Positions 1-11,006 are shown, counted from the stretch's first letter. The stretch: 64,000 nt of DNA from an uncultured Gemmatimonadales bacterium (GCA_963795085.1 CAWCFX010000004.1:448001-512000), one strand, 5' to 3'. Numbers and translations: made by a program. Notes: generated by a model from the sequence alone, not told the origin.

Positions 1-3000
1 AGAGCAAATCATCCGAGAACCGGGTGCGGACGCCACGGCCGCTTTCCGGGTGCCACCAGTGCTGCACGTCCCCTTCCACGAACTGGCGGCTGGCGGCACG
101 CAGGATGTGTTCCCTCGCGACCCCCGGCTCCGCGTACACGAACGCGAGCACGTCCTGCAACTGGTCCCGGAACCCGTAGGCTCCGCTGCTCTGGTAGAGC
201 GCGGAACGGCCCCACATCCGGCAGGCCAGGGCCTGGTAGAGCAGCCAGTGATTGATCATGGCGTCAAAGGATGGCTCCGGGGTCCGCACCGTGATGACGG
301 AAAGCCGGCGTACCCAGCCCAGGGCGGTGGACCGGGCGGCCTCCGCGGCCGTCTCCCGGTAGTGCCGTACCATGCGGACAGCCTCGTCCCGACCGGCGGC
401 GGCCCCGAGTAGTACAGTGACCTCCCGGGTCTCGCCGGGCTGGAGGTGGACCACGCACTGCAGGGCGGCGCAGGGGTCTATGCCGGCGCCGGTGGTGCCG
501 GAAAGCCCGCCCGCCCCGCGCAGCCCGGCTGGGTCGGCGGCCGAGCCGTTGCGCCCGAGGAACTCCCGCCGGTCACCGGTGAAGCCGGTGACCGACTGAG
601 TCAGGGCGCAGAACGCGACCATGTCCTGAAACTGGGGATTGAAATAGTTCCGGGCCAGCATCGCATCCAGCGCGGGATCGAATTCGGTCTGTACCTGGTG
701 CCGGGTATGTTCGCGCTGGCTCCCCAGCGTCCACTCCACGTAGGCGGTGAGCGCCAGCGTCCGGGGCCGGGTGTCCCGGTTGGTCAGGCTGAGCACCGAC
801 AGCTTGACCATGGCATCATCGGCCACGGTCAGCGTCAGCCGGGTGGCGATGCCCCGGTGTTCCTGCTCGAAGGTGGTGACACCCTGTCCGTGCCGCACGA
901 CGGCGGGGATGCCATGGGGAATCGGTGCCGGGGTGGGGCACCAGAGCTCGTCCGACTCGACGTCGCGCAGGTAGATGACCTCACCCGGCGGATCCGACAC
1001 CGGGTCGTTGCTCCACGGTGAGAGGCGGTAGAAATAGCTGTTACGGGCCCAGCTGCATCCGCCGCCCCGCTCGGACACCAGGAAACCGCCATGCTGGTTG
1101 GCGATGACATTGATCCAGGGTGCCGGCGGCACATGGTCGCCGTGCACGCGGATCTCGTATTGTCCGTCCGGCAGTTGCCCGCCGAACCCATTGGGGAAGG
1201 CGAGCGCGGGGTCCCCGGGCGGACGGATGGCCCCTGGTGCATTGGTGCGCCGGGGCGCAGTGCCGGCGGGTGGCGGTCCGCCCGGGCCGGCGTCGGCCTC
1301 CGACCAGTTGCGCCACAGGGCGCGCGCCACCGCCGTGGCGGTGGCCAGCCCGGGAACCCGGGGCAGCGGGTGGTCGTCCGACTCGAGCCCGGTCTCCTCC
1401 TCATCCAACTGGCCCTCGAGGATCCGGCCCAGCGGTCTGCCATCGCAATGCAGGTGAATACGGGCCGTGGCTCGGAGCATCAGCAGTTCTTCCGGTCCCA
1501 GCGTCTCCGTCTTCCTGACGAACACGCCGCCGGGCCGGTCGGCCATGGCCAGGTCGCCGGCCCCCACGAGCGCCCCGGTGATCCGGTCGCCCAGTTCCTG
1601 GTGATAACCCGACTCCTCGGAGTTAAGCACCACCAGGTCCACCGTCATGCCGCGCCGGCGCCAGTACCGGTGCGCCATGATCGCCTGCCGGAGCGTGGGC
1701 AGCCCGTCGGCGGCGGAGATCATGGCCAGCATGATCGGCCAGTCGCCGGAAATACCGCACGACCAGAGCAGCGGTTGGGATCCCCGGTTCTGAAGCAGCT
1801 CGGCCTGGGGCGCCCGCAGCCGCCGGTGCCCGTGGAAGAGATAGCCGGCGACATCCTGAAACACGCCCGCTTCGGCTGGGGTGATGCCGAGTTCCCGCAG
1901 TTCGACCTGGGCCGCAGTCCACGCCAGGTTCAGGGCCCGCTGGGCGGCATGGGGGCCGTGATACCGGCCGGCCAGCTCGAACACCTGTTCCCGGGTGGTG
2001 GCCACCAGGGTGGTAAACGCGACCGAGGCCGACTGCCCCGGCGCGAGCCGCACCCTGGTACGAATCGCGAAGATTGGGTCGAGCACCGCGCCGGTGTGTC
2101 CCGGCAGCCCGCCGTCCCGCTCCATAGCCAGCGGGTCCTGGGTGGTCCGCCCCCTGCCGATGAAGTCGACTCGGCTGGTTTCGCAGGTGACCGGGGCGAT
2201 CCGTTCCGGGCCGGTATCGACGACGTGGGCGCACCAGACGACTGGTTCGGTCGCGGACCGGGGCCGCCGGGAGGCGGTGATCGCGGTACACCACTCGTGC
2301 CATTCCGTCTCGATGAACAGGTTGCTGAAGGCGGGGTGGGAGCGATCGGTGTCGGGCGGCGCCAGCACGATCTCGCTGTAGCTGGTCAGCTCGATGTCCC
2401 GCTCCTCATTGCTGTTGTTGGTCACGGTGACGCGCCGGACCTCCGCCGAGTCGGCCGGGACCACGGTGATCTCGGTCCGGGTGCTAACCGGACCGTCGGT
2501 GCGGTCAAAGACCACCCGGTCGGTGGAAAGGAACGCGTGGTAGCTGTCGGCCGGCGTCCGGAGCGGCTGGTGGGCCGCGGACCACGCGCGACCGGTCCCG
2601 AGGTCTTTCAGGTAGCAGAACTGGCCGGTATCGTCCCGGGTGCCGTCTGCCCGCCAGCGGGTAACCGCCAGGTTCTCGTACCGGCTGTACCCGGCTCCGG
2701 CGTGGGTCACCATGATAGTGTAGGGCTGGTTGCCAAGGAGGGCGGCCCGGGGCGCATCGGTATCGGGTGTGTCGATTACCCGCACCGCGGCCCGCTCCAG
2801 CTCGGGGTCGGGCAGCGATTCGTCCGCCCGCGCGGTCTGTACCGGCTGGAGCACCAGCCGCCGGGGAATCCGCTCGTGGAGGAGCAGTTCGGCGGAGCGG
2901 ACCAGCGGATCGGTGTGAAAACGCCGCTGCCAGACCTCCGCGGTCAGCGCGTTGGTCAGGGCGACCAGCGTCATCCCTTCGTGGTGCGCCATGTACAGGC

Positions 3001-6000
3001 GCACCACCGCCCAGCGCTGTCCGGGATCGGGCCGGGTGTAGTCGAGGGCATCGCGGAAGCCATAGGGACCCAGTGCGCCCTTGCGTTCCAGGGTCTTGAG
3101 ATTGGCCAGCGCCCGCGAGGCGTCAATCATGACCGCGAGACCGGACGCGTAGGGGGCGACCACCAGGTCCCGGCCCAGCCCGCGCTTGAGCGCCAGGTCG
3201 GGGACGCCGAAGGCGCGGTACTGGTACGTCAGGTGGCGGTCGCGGATGTTGTACGCGCTTTCACTCACACCCCAGGGCACGTCCCGCTCGGCGCCGTAGG
3301 CGATATGCCGTTCCAGCGCCGCCCGGTAGGTCTGGTCCAGGACCGTGAAGGGAAACGACTGCATCACCAGCTGGGGCATGAGATATTCGAACATGCTCCC
3401 GCTCCAGCTGACCAGGGCGGTCTGGCCGCCGGCTCGGGTGAGGGTGCGGCCCAGCCGGAACCAGTGGTCCACGGGGACATCGTTCTTGGCGATCGCGACG
3501 AAACTGGCGAGCCGCGCCTCGGAGGCCAGCAGGTCGTAATAGGAAGGATCCAGCGCGTGGCTGGCCTGCTGGTAGCCGATCGCGAAGAGCTTGCGTTTGT
3601 CGTCGAAGAGAAACCGGAAATCCATCTCTTCCACCATTCGGCTGGCTCGGCCGGCCAGCGCCTGCAGCCGGCGAACCACGGCGGTGCCGCCGCTTCCTTC
3701 CTCCTCGATAGTCCGCCAACTGTCGAAGACGACCGTGGCTTCGCTTTCCCGGCGGGGGACCAGCCGGGTGGGCAGCTCGCCGATCCGGCTGCGGTGCTGG
3801 GCGACGAGGCCGCGGCACCAGTCGATCCAGCCTTTGGCGGCCGCGTCTTCGTTGCCCGCCGGGCCGGTGCCGGCCAACTCGTCCCGCGCGGCGTCCAGGG
3901 CATCGGCCAGCCGGTCAAGGATGGGCACCGGCGGGTCCGCCGGCGAGGCCGCCTCGAGGATCCCGCGGGCCTGGAGGACGTGGACCTGTGCGGCGGGACT
4001 GGATTGCCGCTCGGTGCCGACCGCATCTCCCCCGGGATGTTCCAGGAGTTCCCGCGCGAGATCGAGGCCGGTCTGGAGCGCGCGCCAGACGCGCATGTCG
4101 AACACCGGGTCGTCGGCCACCGCGAGACACGCCTGCCGGATTGCCAGCAGGTGGCCGGCCAGGTTGCCGCTGTCCACGGTGGAGATGTAGCCTGGCTCCA
4201 GCACCCGGAGGTCAGCGAGATCATACCAGTTGTAGAAATGTCCGCGGAACCGGTGCATCCGCTCCATGGACGCGAACGCCAGCTCCAGGCGCTCGAGCAT
4301 GGATTCCATGGTGATGAGCCGGAGGTCGTAGGCGCTGATGACGGAGAGCAACTGCAGCCCCATGTTGGTGGGCGAGGTGCGCAGGGTGACGACCGGCGCC
4401 GGGTGTTCCTGGAAATTGTCGGGCACCAGCCAGTTCGACTCCGCGGTCACGAACCGGTCGAAATAGTGCCAGTGCAGCAGCGCGTACCGAAGCGCCTGAG
4501 TCTGTTCCCGGCGATCCAGTCTCCGTTCCCAGCGGTAGACCGGGGTGTTGAGTCCCCGGGCGACCAGCGGTGACGCCAGCCAGAGCGCCGCAAGGGGGAG
4601 CAGGGATGCCAGCAGGACCGGAAGAGTGTCGGCCCGCCACCGGTGCGTTTCCGCCTCGATGGCCAGGCCCGCAAGGGCCAGGGCGACCGCGATGGATGGG
4701 ACCATCGTGAGCCAGGCCCGGCGGCCCGGCGCGGCGCGCTCGATCTGCGAGGCGGTCCGCCATTCCAGGAGGTAACGGCGGGAGACGGCCAGCCGCCAGA
4801 GCGTGCGCAGGATGGCATCGGCCGAGACCCAGGCCTGGTGGGGGAGGAACACCACTCTCACCGCCAGCTGCTGGATACTGGTGATGGCGTCGTGGCCGAC
4901 GGCGGAATAGTAGGCCCGCCAGGACTTGTCCATCGGCGGCCGCATCGCGGCGAGCAGGAGGGCCACCAGCCAGGGAGCCGCGATCGCCGCGAGGCCCAGC
5001 AGGGTCCACCGGGCCGGCGAACCGGGAAAGAGCAGCCAGCCGGCGAACAGAAACGCCAGTTGCCCGATCTCCACCGTACTGCGGCGCATGTTATCGAAAA
5101 TCTTCCAGCGGGAGAGCAGCGAGAGCCGGTTGGGTTCCTGGCCGTCAGGGCCGGGGACCCCGAATCCCAGCCAGGGCAGCAACTGCCAGTCGCCCCGGAT
5201 CCAGCGGTGCTTGCGCCGGGTGTAGGTCGGGTAGGTGCGCGGGTAGTCGTCGTAGACCGTGATGTCGGTGGCGAGCCCGGCCCGGGCGTAGTTGCCCTCG
5301 ATCAGGTCGTGCGACAGGAGGGTGTTCTCGGGAAAGCGCCCGTGGGTGGCCCGCTCAAAGGCGTCCACGTCGTAGATGCCCTTTCCGGTGAAACTTCCCT
5401 CGCCGTAGAGATCCTGGTACACGTCCGACACCGCGGTGGTATAGGGATCCACGCCGGGGTGACCGGAGTGGATCGCGGCGAACCGGGACCGGTGGGCGCT
5501 GGGCAGGGAGACGCCCACCCGGGGCTGCAGGATGCCATAGCCCTGGACGACCCGGCCCCGGACCGGATCGTACACCGCCCGGTTGAGCGGATGGGCCAGC
5601 GCGCCGATCAGCAGCGGGGCGGCGTCCGGGGGGAGCACGGTGTCGGCATCCAGGGTGATGACGTAGCGCACTCCCTGGAGCGGCTGCACCTTCCCCACGA
5701 TGACCGAGAAGGCACCGTCCCCGGCACCCCGCAGAAACCGGTTGAACTCGGCCAGCTTTCCGCGCTTTCGTTCCCAGCCCATCCAGACCCCCTCCTGGGG
5801 ATTCCAGCGGCGGGGGCGGTGGAAGAGGTAAAACGCGGTGTCGTCGCTGTGGCCGTAGCGCTCGTTGAGCGAACGGATGCCGGCGATGGCGGCGGCGATG
5901 ATCTCCTCGTCGCCGCTCACGTGCTCCGAGGGCGCGTCGGTAAAATCGCTGAGCAGCGCGAAGTGCAGGTGCGATTCCCGGTTGGCCAGGAACTGCGCTT

Positions 6001-7549
6001 CCAGGGTCTCCAGCGATTCATGCACCGCGTCCACGCTGTCAAACAGCGTGGGAATGACGACGGCGGTGCGGAACTCCTGCGGCACCCCGTGTTCGCCCAG
6101 GTCCAGCTTGGGGAGCGTGCGGGGCGGCAGCAGGGCGGTTACCAGCTGGTTAACGACGTTGACGGCGATATCGAACGCGGGCAGGAACCCAAAGGCCAGC
6201 ACCAGGGGCCATGCCAGGATGGCGACCGGCTCCGCCAGCCAGAGCAACAGGGCCAGCGCGGCCAGGGTGCCGTTGAGGATCCCCCCGACGAACACGACGT
6301 TGGGATGGCGCACGACCCAGCGGTGCGCCGATTCCCGGAGCGTCGGGCGATACCCCGCCGCGCGCTCCAGCTCGGGCAGCCCGTCGTCGACCAGGTAAAA
6401 CCCGACGTGCTCGCGGCGCCGGTCCTCCTCATGGCCGGGATCCACGCTCCGGGCCAGGTCGACGGCCAGCCGCGCGATGGTCTCCTCAGGGACCTGGCAC
6501 CGCTTGGCGATCCGTTCCACCGAGTGGCGATACTGGTCCCGGGTCGCGAAGGTCATCCTGGGGTAGAAGCCCGAAGGGTCGGTGCGGAGGGCCGACTCCA
6601 TCACGCTCTGCCGCTCTACGAAGACCCGCCAGTCCATGCGCGCCACCGCCCGAAGGCTGGTGATGCTGTTGGCCATGGTGATCTGGGTCAGGGCCAGCCG
6701 CTGGGTGGCCCGCGCCGTGGCATCGTCGGCGTTCAGCCCCTCTTCCTCGATCCACTGCTCCAGCCGCGCCAGCGACGCCACCGGGATCTGGGCCAGCCGG
6801 AGCTGCTGCAGCAGGCGGGAGACAAAGGCGACCGTCAGGGCCGGCGGGCCGGAGACAAAACGCTCGAGGACCTCATTCAGGGCACGGGATCCCGACTCGC
6901 TGGCCTCCTGGATCCGGTGCACCCACCGATCGGCCCCTTCGACCTCGTCCAGGCGTTGCACGGTGCGCAGTGCCATCCGCCGGACATTTTCGATCATGCC
7001 CAGGCGCAGCATGGCGGGCATCGCCCACAGTTCGCCGATGGTCAGGGGCGACATTTCCTGGAACGCGGTCACAAAAGCGTCCACGTTCTCCAGGTCGATC
7101 CGCCCCTCAGTGTGAGAGATCAGGCTGATCGCGACCTGGTACACCCGGGGATACCCGGCCATGGGGCCGGACATCAGTTCCGGCAGTTCCCGGTAGTAGC
7201 CGCGGGGCAGGCTCTCCCTGACCTCGCGGATGTGTTCGACGATGACGTGATAGTTGTCGAGCAGCCATTCGCCGGCCGGCCCGATGTTGATGTCCTGCTC
7301 CACGGCGGCGGCCAGCCTGGTATGGGCGGCCTCGAGAATCCGGCTCGTCTCGGCCAGGCGCGCCAGCGGCGAGGCGCCCCGCCGCCGCCGGCCATAGACC
7401 ACCACCCGCTGGCTCCGGGCCACCCGACGGGCCCGTTCCGCCAGGTGCTCGATTCCAAGCAGCTCGCCCCGGATCGGGCCGGCCAGGGTCGCTTCCCGGC
7501 GCGGCGATCCCTTGCCCAGCAGGCGGGCCAGCAGCCGTGACGGCTTCAA
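1..7549 (-). CDS. ndvB: Cyclic beta-1,2-glucan synthase (NdvB/ChvB-like; GT84 + glucoamylase-like + GH94 domains), 3'-truncated by the window edge
   Basis: Missing from the ORF track because it runs off the window. Manual minus-strand translation from TTG 7549 gives PIRGELLGIEHLAERAR, WMGWERKRGKLAEFN, YVITLDADT, SHDLIEGNYAR, RKHRWIRGDWQLLPW, RTSPTNMGL, SWSGSMFEYLMP, PAPWINVIAN and, at the edge, HWWHPESGRGVRTRFSDDLL. The start codon is uncertain. Confidence 0.9.
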   Translation of the reverse strand, partial: MKPSRLLARLLGKGSPRREATLAGPIRGELLGIEHLAERARRVARSQRVVVYGRRRRGASPLARLAETSRILEAAHTRLAAAVEQDINIGPAGEWLLDNYHVIVEHIREVRESLPRGYYRELPELMSGPMAGYPRVYQVAISLISHTEGRIDLENVDAFVTAFQEMSPLTIGELWAMPAMLRLGMIENVRRMALRTVQRLDEVEGADRWVHRIQEASESGSRALNEVLERFVSGPPALTVAFVSRLLQQLRLAQIPVASLARLEQWIEEEGLNADDATARATQRLALTQITMANSITSLRAVARMDWRVFVERQSVMESALRTDPSGFYPRMTFATRDQYRHSVERIAKRCQVPEETIARLAVDLARSVDPGHEEDRRREHVGFYLVDDGLPELERAAGYRPTLRESAHRWVVRHPNVVFVGGILNGTLAALALLLWLAEPVAILAWPLVLAFGFLPAFDIAVNVVNQLVTALLPPRTLPKLDLGEHGVPQEFRTAVVIPTLFDSVDAVHESLETLEAQFLANRESHLHFALLSDFTDAPSEHVSGDEEIIAAAIAGIRSLNERYGHSDDTAFYLFHRPRRWNPQEGVWMGWERKRGKLAEFNRFLRGAGDGAFSVIVGKVQPLQGVRYVITLDADTVLPPDAAPLLIGALAHPLNRAVYDPVRGRVVQGYGILQPRVGVSLPSAHRSRFAAIHSGHPGVDPYTTAVSDVYQDLYGEGSFTGKGIYDVDAFERATHGRFPENTLLSHDLIEGNYARAGLATDITVYDDYPRTYPTYTRRKHRWIRGDWQLLPWLGFGVPGPDGQEPNRLSLLSRWKIFDNMRRSTVEIGQLAFLFAGWLLFPGSPARWTLLGLAAIAAPWLVALLLAAMRPPMDKSWRAYYSAVGHDAITSIQQLAVRVVFLPHQAWVSADAILRTLWRLAVSRRYLLEWRTASQIERAAPGRRAWLTMVPSIAVALALAGLAIEAETHRWRADTLPVLLASLLPLAALWLASPLVARGLNTPVYRWERRLDRREQTQALRYALLHWHYFDRFVTAESNWLVPDNFQEHPAPVVTLRTSPTNMGLQLLSVISAYDLRLITMESMLERLELAFASMERMHRFRGHFYNWYDLADLRVLEPGYISTVDSGNLAGHLLAIRQACLAVADDPVFDMRVWRALQTGLDLARELLEHPGGDAVGTERQSSPAAQVHVLQARGILEAASPADPPVPILDRLADALDAARDELAGTGPAGNEDAAAKGWIDWCRGLVAQHRSRIGELPTRLVPRRESEATVVFDSWRTIEEEGSGGTAVVRRLQALAGRASRMVEEMDFRFLFDDKRKLFAIGYQQASHALDPSYYDLLASEARLASFVAIAKNDVPVDHWFRLGRTLTRAGGQTALVSWSGSMFEYLMPQLVMQSFPFTVLDQTYRAALERHIAYGAERDVPWGVSESAYNIRDRHLTYQYRAFGVPDLALKRGLGRDLVVAPYASGLAVMIDASRALANLKTLERKGALGPYGFRDALDYTRPDPGQRWAVVRLYMAHHEGMTLVALTNALTAEVWQRRFHTDPLVRSAELLLHERIPRRLVLQPVQTARADESLPDPELERAAVRVIDTPDTDAPRAALLGNQPYTIMVTHAGAGYSRYENLAVTRWRADGTRDDTGQFCYLKDLGTGRAWSAAHQPLRTPADSYHAFLSTDRVVFDRTDGPVSTRTEITVVPADSAEVRRVTVTNNSNEERDIELTSYSEIVLAPPDTDRSHPAFSNLFIETEWHEWCTAITASRRPRSATEPVVWCAHVVDTGPERIAPVTCETSRVDFIGRGRTTQDPLAMERDGGLPGHTGAVLDPIFAIRTRVRLAPGQSASVAFTTLVATTREQVFELAGRYHGPHAAQRALNLAWTAAQVELRELGITPAEAGVFQDVAGYLFHGHRRLRAPQAELLQNRGSQPLLWSCGISGDWPIMLAMISAADGLPTLRQAIMAHRYWRRRGMTVDLVVLNSEESGYHQELGDRITGALVGAGDLAMADRPGGVFVRKTETLGPEELLMLRATARIHLHCDGRPLGRILEGQLDEEETGLESDDHPLPRVPGLATATAVARALWRNWSEADAGPGGPPPAGTAPRRTNAPGAIRPPGDPALAFPNGFGGQLPDGQYEIRVHGDHVPPAPWINVIANQHGGFLVSERGGGCSWARNSYFYRLSPWSNDPVSDPPGEVIYLRDVESDELWCPTPAPIPHGIPAVVRHGQGVTTFEQEHRGIATRLTLTVADDAMVKLSVLSLTNRDTRPRTLALTAYVEWTLGSQREHTRHQVQTEFDPALDAMLARNYFNPQFQDMVAFCALTQSVTGFTGDRREFLGRNGSAADPAGLRGAGGLSGTTGAGIDPCAALQCVVHLQPGETREVTVLLGAAAGRDEAVRMVRHYRETAAEAARSTALGWVRRLSVITVRTPEPSFDAMINHWLLYQALACRMWGRSALYQSSGAYGFRDQLQDVLAFVYAEPGVAREHILRAASRQFVEGDVQHWWHPESGRGVRTRFSDDLL

Positions 7550-7667
7550 TGCTCGAATTCCCTGGGCCACGCTCGTCCCTTCTGCGCTGTCGGTGCGCCT
7601 TCCCTGAGTCGCAATCTAGACTCCCCGCCATGATATTATTGAATCAGCCTCAACTTCACCGGAGCCC

Positions 7668-8753
7668 ATGCGCCGCTCGCCGCTTCTCCTCCTGCTTGGA
7701 CTCTCGGCGGTACCCGCGTCCGCCGTTGCCCAGCGGGAACCAGCCAGGAACGTGGTGTATGTCACGCTGGATGGCCTGCGATGGCAGGAAGTCTTCGATG
7801 GCGCATCCCCCGCATTCATGGGCCGCGACGCGGGCGGCGGCCGGGTGCCCGATTCGGCCGGGCTGGCCGCCCGGTTCTGGAGGCCCGCGGCGAGGGACCG
7901 GCGCCGTGCCCTCATGCCGTTTCTCTGGAGCACCGTGCTGGAACAGGGCCAGATTATCGGGGACCCTGCCCTGGGCGCGAGTGCCTACGTCACCAACGGC
8001 CTCTGGTTTTCCTATCCCGGGTACAGCGAGATGCTGGCGGGCCGCGCCGACCCGCGGATCGACAGCAACGACCCGGTTCCGAATCCCAATGTGACCGTGC
8101 TGGAATGGCTCCACCGGCAACCGGGATTCCCGGGCCGGGTCGCCGCGTTCGGGAGCTGGGAGATCCTCCCGTATATCGTGAATTCCGCCCGGAGCGGAAT
8201 CTACGCCAACGGGGACGGTCCTCCGGTGGCGAATCCGGCCACCGCGCGAGACAGTGCCCTCAATGAACTCAGCGCCCAGTTGCCACCCCTGTGGGGCAGC
8301 ACCCGGCTCGACGGGCCCACCATGCTGGGGGCGCTGGAATACATTCGCCGGGAGAAACCGCGGGTGTTATACGTCATGCTGGGTGAAACCGACGAGTGGG
8401 CGCACGACCAGCGGTACGATCTGTATCTCGACGCCGCCTGGCGTGGAGACCAGTTCATCCGGCAGCTGTGGGAAACGATGCAGGCCATGCCGGAATATGC
8501 CGGCACAACCGCGCTGGTCATCTCTACCGACCACGGCCGGGGGAGCGCCCCGCCAACCTGGGGCAATCACGGGAAGGACTACCCCGAGGCGGGGCGGATC
8601 TGGATCGCGGCTCTCGGCGCCGGGATCCCGGCAAGGGGAAACCGGGCGAACATCGAGGTCACCCAGAGCCAGGTGGCGGCCACTCTGGCCCGGCTGCTGG
8701 GCCTGGACTTCCGGGCCGCGGCGCCCCAGGCCGAGCCTCCGCTGGCGTTCTAG
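7668..8753 (+). CDS. Secreted alkaline-phosphatase-superfamily (metalloenzyme/phosphodiesterase-like) protein
   Basis: 361 aa with a signal peptide. Motifs VVYVTLDGLRWQE, FSYPGYSE, ETDEWAH and LVISTDHGRG are typical of AP-superfamily metal sites. Confidence 0.8.
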   Translation: MRRSPLLLLLGLSAVPASAVAQREPARNVVYVTLDGLRWQEVFDGASPAFMGRDAGGGRVPDSAGLAARFWRPAARDRRRALMPFLWSTVLEQGQIIGDPALGASAYVTNGLWFSYPGYSEMLAGRADPRIDSNDPVPNPNVTVLEWLHRQPGFPGRVAAFGSWEILPYIVNSARSGIYANGDGPPVANPATARDSALNELSAQLPPLWGSTRLDGPTMLGALEYIRREKPRVLYVMLGETDEWAHDQRYDLYLDAAWRGDQFIRQLWETMQAMPEYAGTTALVISTDHGRGSAPPTWGNHGKDYPEAGRIWIAALGAGIPARGNRANIEVTQSQVAATLARLLGLDFRAAAPQAEPPLAF

Positions 8754-8824
8754 CCGCCCTATCCGGCGCCGGTCTCCGGTCGTATCTTGTCCCGGCGCGT
8801 TCCCTCCCCGTGCCCCGAGGCTCC

Positions 8825-10669
8825 ATGAAGGCCGCATCGCTGGTTTTCGCCCTTGGCCTGTCTTTCCTGGCCGGGCCTTCAGGCGGCAATCGCATCACCC
8901 TTCCCGACATCGTGGCCAACGACAACCGGGTTCCCGCGGGGTGGCTGCATGGCGATACCCTGGAGCTCGCCCTGGACGTGCGGATGGGATCGTGGCGGCC
9001 CGAGTCGGATACGGGGCCTGCCGTCGAGGTCGCCGCCTTTGCCGAGCGGGGCCAGGCTCCGACTATCCCGGCGCCCCTGATCCGGGTGCCCGCGGGCACC
9101 CTGATTATTGCGCGGCTGCACAATCTCCTCCCCGATTCCAGCCTCGCCATTCACGGTCTTTTCACCCGGCCCGCCGGCCAGCCCGACAGCCTCGTTCTGG
9201 CCCCGCGCGATTCCGCCATCCTCCAGTTCCGCGCCGGCGAGGTCGGCACCTACCTGTACAAGGCGGTGCCAGGCGCCCACAGCTACGAGCTCGACGAGGA
9301 ACGGGAACAGATGGCCGGGGCCTTTATTGTGGATCCGCCCGGTGGTTCTCCACCCGACCGGGTCTTCGTCATGAATATCTGGGGCCGGCAAATGGACTCG
9401 GCCACCTACGGCAACGCGCTCACTATCAATGGCAGATCCTGGCCCTGGACTGAGCGCATCCGCGCCCAGGTGGGCGACACGCTCCGATGGCGGGTGATTA
9501 ATGCGTCGGGGCGCAACCACCCGATGCACCTGCACGGATTCTACTTCCGGATGGATTCCCACGGCGACTTTGCCAGGGATACGCTATACCCGGCCGAAGA
9601 CCGGCCCCTGCTGGTGACCCAGGGACTCCTTCCCTTCCGCACCATGACGATGGTCTGGAGCCCGGACCGTCCCGGTAACTGGCTCTTTCACTGCCATATC
9701 GGGTTTCACGTGCTGCCTGAGGCACGGGTCAACCCTCCCGGTCATGACCACGAGGACTACCGGGCCCACGATCCCCTTCGCCACATGTCAGGGTTGATCC
9801 TGGGTATCGAAGTCCAGCCGCGGGCCGATGACCCCCCGGAGTCCCGGGACAACCCCGAACGGCTGCGGCTGTTCATCCAGGAAGGCCGGCCGCGGGGCCG
9901 GGCTCTGCGGGCGCTGGGCTTCGTGCTGCAGGAAGGTCACCGCCCGCCCGCTCCCGACTCGGTGGTGTTGCCGGGCACTCCCCTCATTCTGACCCGAGGC
10001 CGCCCGACCGACGTTGTCGTGGTCAACCGGCTCCGGGAGGCGTCGGTGATCCACTGGCACGGTGTCGAGCTGGAGAGCTACTCCGACGGGGTGGCCGGGT
10101 GGAGCGGGATGGGCGATCGCATCGCGCCCTCGGTGGAGCCGGGCGATTCCTTCGTGGCCCGTCTCACCCTGCCGCGCGCAGGCACTTTCATCTATCACAC
10201 CCATCTCAACGACATCGAACAGCTCACCTCCGGCCTCTACGGCGGGATCGTCGTCCTGGAACCCGGCCGGCGCTGGGACCCGGACACCGACCACCTCTAC
10301 GTGGCGGGGTGGGACAGTCCTGCGGAGGATTCAGCCGGTCCCCGCATCCTGCTCAACGGCGATTCCCTGCCGGCAGCCCGAACCCTTCGGGCGGGGGTAA
10401 CCCACCGGTTCCGGTTCATCAACATCGGGCCAGCCGCCCGGTTTAACATCCGGATCTACCGCGATACGACCCTCGCCGAGTGGCGGGTGGTAGCCAAGGA
10501 TGGCGCCGACTTCCCGCCTCGCCGGCGGCGACTGACGCCGGCTCGTTTCCGGTTCGACGTGGGCGAAACATTCGATGCCGAGGTGGTGTTCCGGCCCGGC
10601 ACCTACCGGCTCGTTGCGGCGCTGGGCCCGGCACACCCATTTTACGAGCAGCGACTGGTGGTGCGGTAA
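8825..10669 (+). CDS. Multicopper oxidase, paralog 1 (four cupredoxin-like domains, permuted motif order)
   Basis: Start reassigned to ATG 8825 (MKAASLVFALG, signal-like). Motifs HPMHLHG, WLFHCHIGFH, VIHWHG, GTFIYHTH. Confidence 0.85.
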   Translation: MKAASLVFALGLSFLAGPSGGNRITLPDIVANDNRVPAGWLHGDTLELALDVRMGSWRPESDTGPAVEVAAFAERGQAPTIPAPLIRVPAGTLIIARLHNLLPDSSLAIHGLFTRPAGQPDSLVLAPRDSAILQFRAGEVGTYLYKAVPGAHSYELDEEREQMAGAFIVDPPGGSPPDRVFVMNIWGRQMDSATYGNALTINGRSWPWTERIRAQVGDTLRWRVINASGRNHPMHLHGFYFRMDSHGDFARDTLYPAEDRPLLVTQGLLPFRTMTMVWSPDRPGNWLFHCHIGFHVLPEARVNPPGHDHEDYRAHDPLRHMSGLILGIEVQPRADDPPESRDNPERLRLFIQEGRPRGRALRALGFVLQEGHRPPAPDSVVLPGTPLILTRGRPTDVVVVNRLREASVIHWHGVELESYSDGVAGWSGMGDRIAPSVEPGDSFVARLTLPRAGTFIYHTHLNDIEQLTSGLYGGIVVLEPGRRWDPDTDHLYVAGWDSPAEDSAGPRILLNGDSLPAARTLRAGVTHRFRFINIGPAARFNIRIYRDTTLAEWRVVAKDGADFPPRRRRLTPARFRFDVGETFDAEVVFRPGTYRLVAALGPAHPFYEQRLVVR

Positions 10670-10769
10670 TCGACGCATGCTCCATCGATTGTGGGCAGCG
10701 GACGGCCAGGGTCTTGTGTCTTTGTGTTGGTTCGTCCAGGTATCCGGGAAGCCGAATGGGAGCTGCTTG

Positions 10770-11006
10770 ATGGCCTACCGAAACTTTACCGACCGGCAGG
10801 GAAGGAAATGGGAAATCCGCGAGCGGAGCCGCTCCGAGTGGGAGCTGCATCCCGCCGGCGACAACCGGGAGCGGATGCGCACGGTGCGCTCACCCGGGTA
10901 TGAGAAGGACCCCTTTGAGCTGAGCGTCGAAGAACTGGTGCGGTTGCTGGACGAGCCGGATATCCTGGGCCGGAGCAGGCCACCCAAGTCTCCTTTCGCG
11001 GACTAG
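10770..11006 (+). CDS. Small hypothetical protein (78 aa)
   Basis: MAYRNFTDRQGRKWEIRERSRSEW...KSPFAD. GGGAG lies upstream, the composition is protein-like, and the stop directly abuts the gltS ATG. Confidence 0.65.
   Translation: MAYRNFTDRQGRKWEIRERSRSEWELHPAGDNRERMRTVRSPGYEKDPFELSVEELVRLLDEPDILGRSRPPKSPFAD

Noticed and set aside
1200..1400. Pro/Gly/Ala-rich stretch within the glucan synthase, suspected frameshift
   Set aside because: The frame stays open and GH94-type motifs resume in the same frame, so it is best read as a linker.
1091..7540. Long plus-strand ORFs (1160 aa, 965 aa)
   Set aside because: They are codon-aligned antisense shadows of the minus-strand glucan synthase and have no recognisable motifs.
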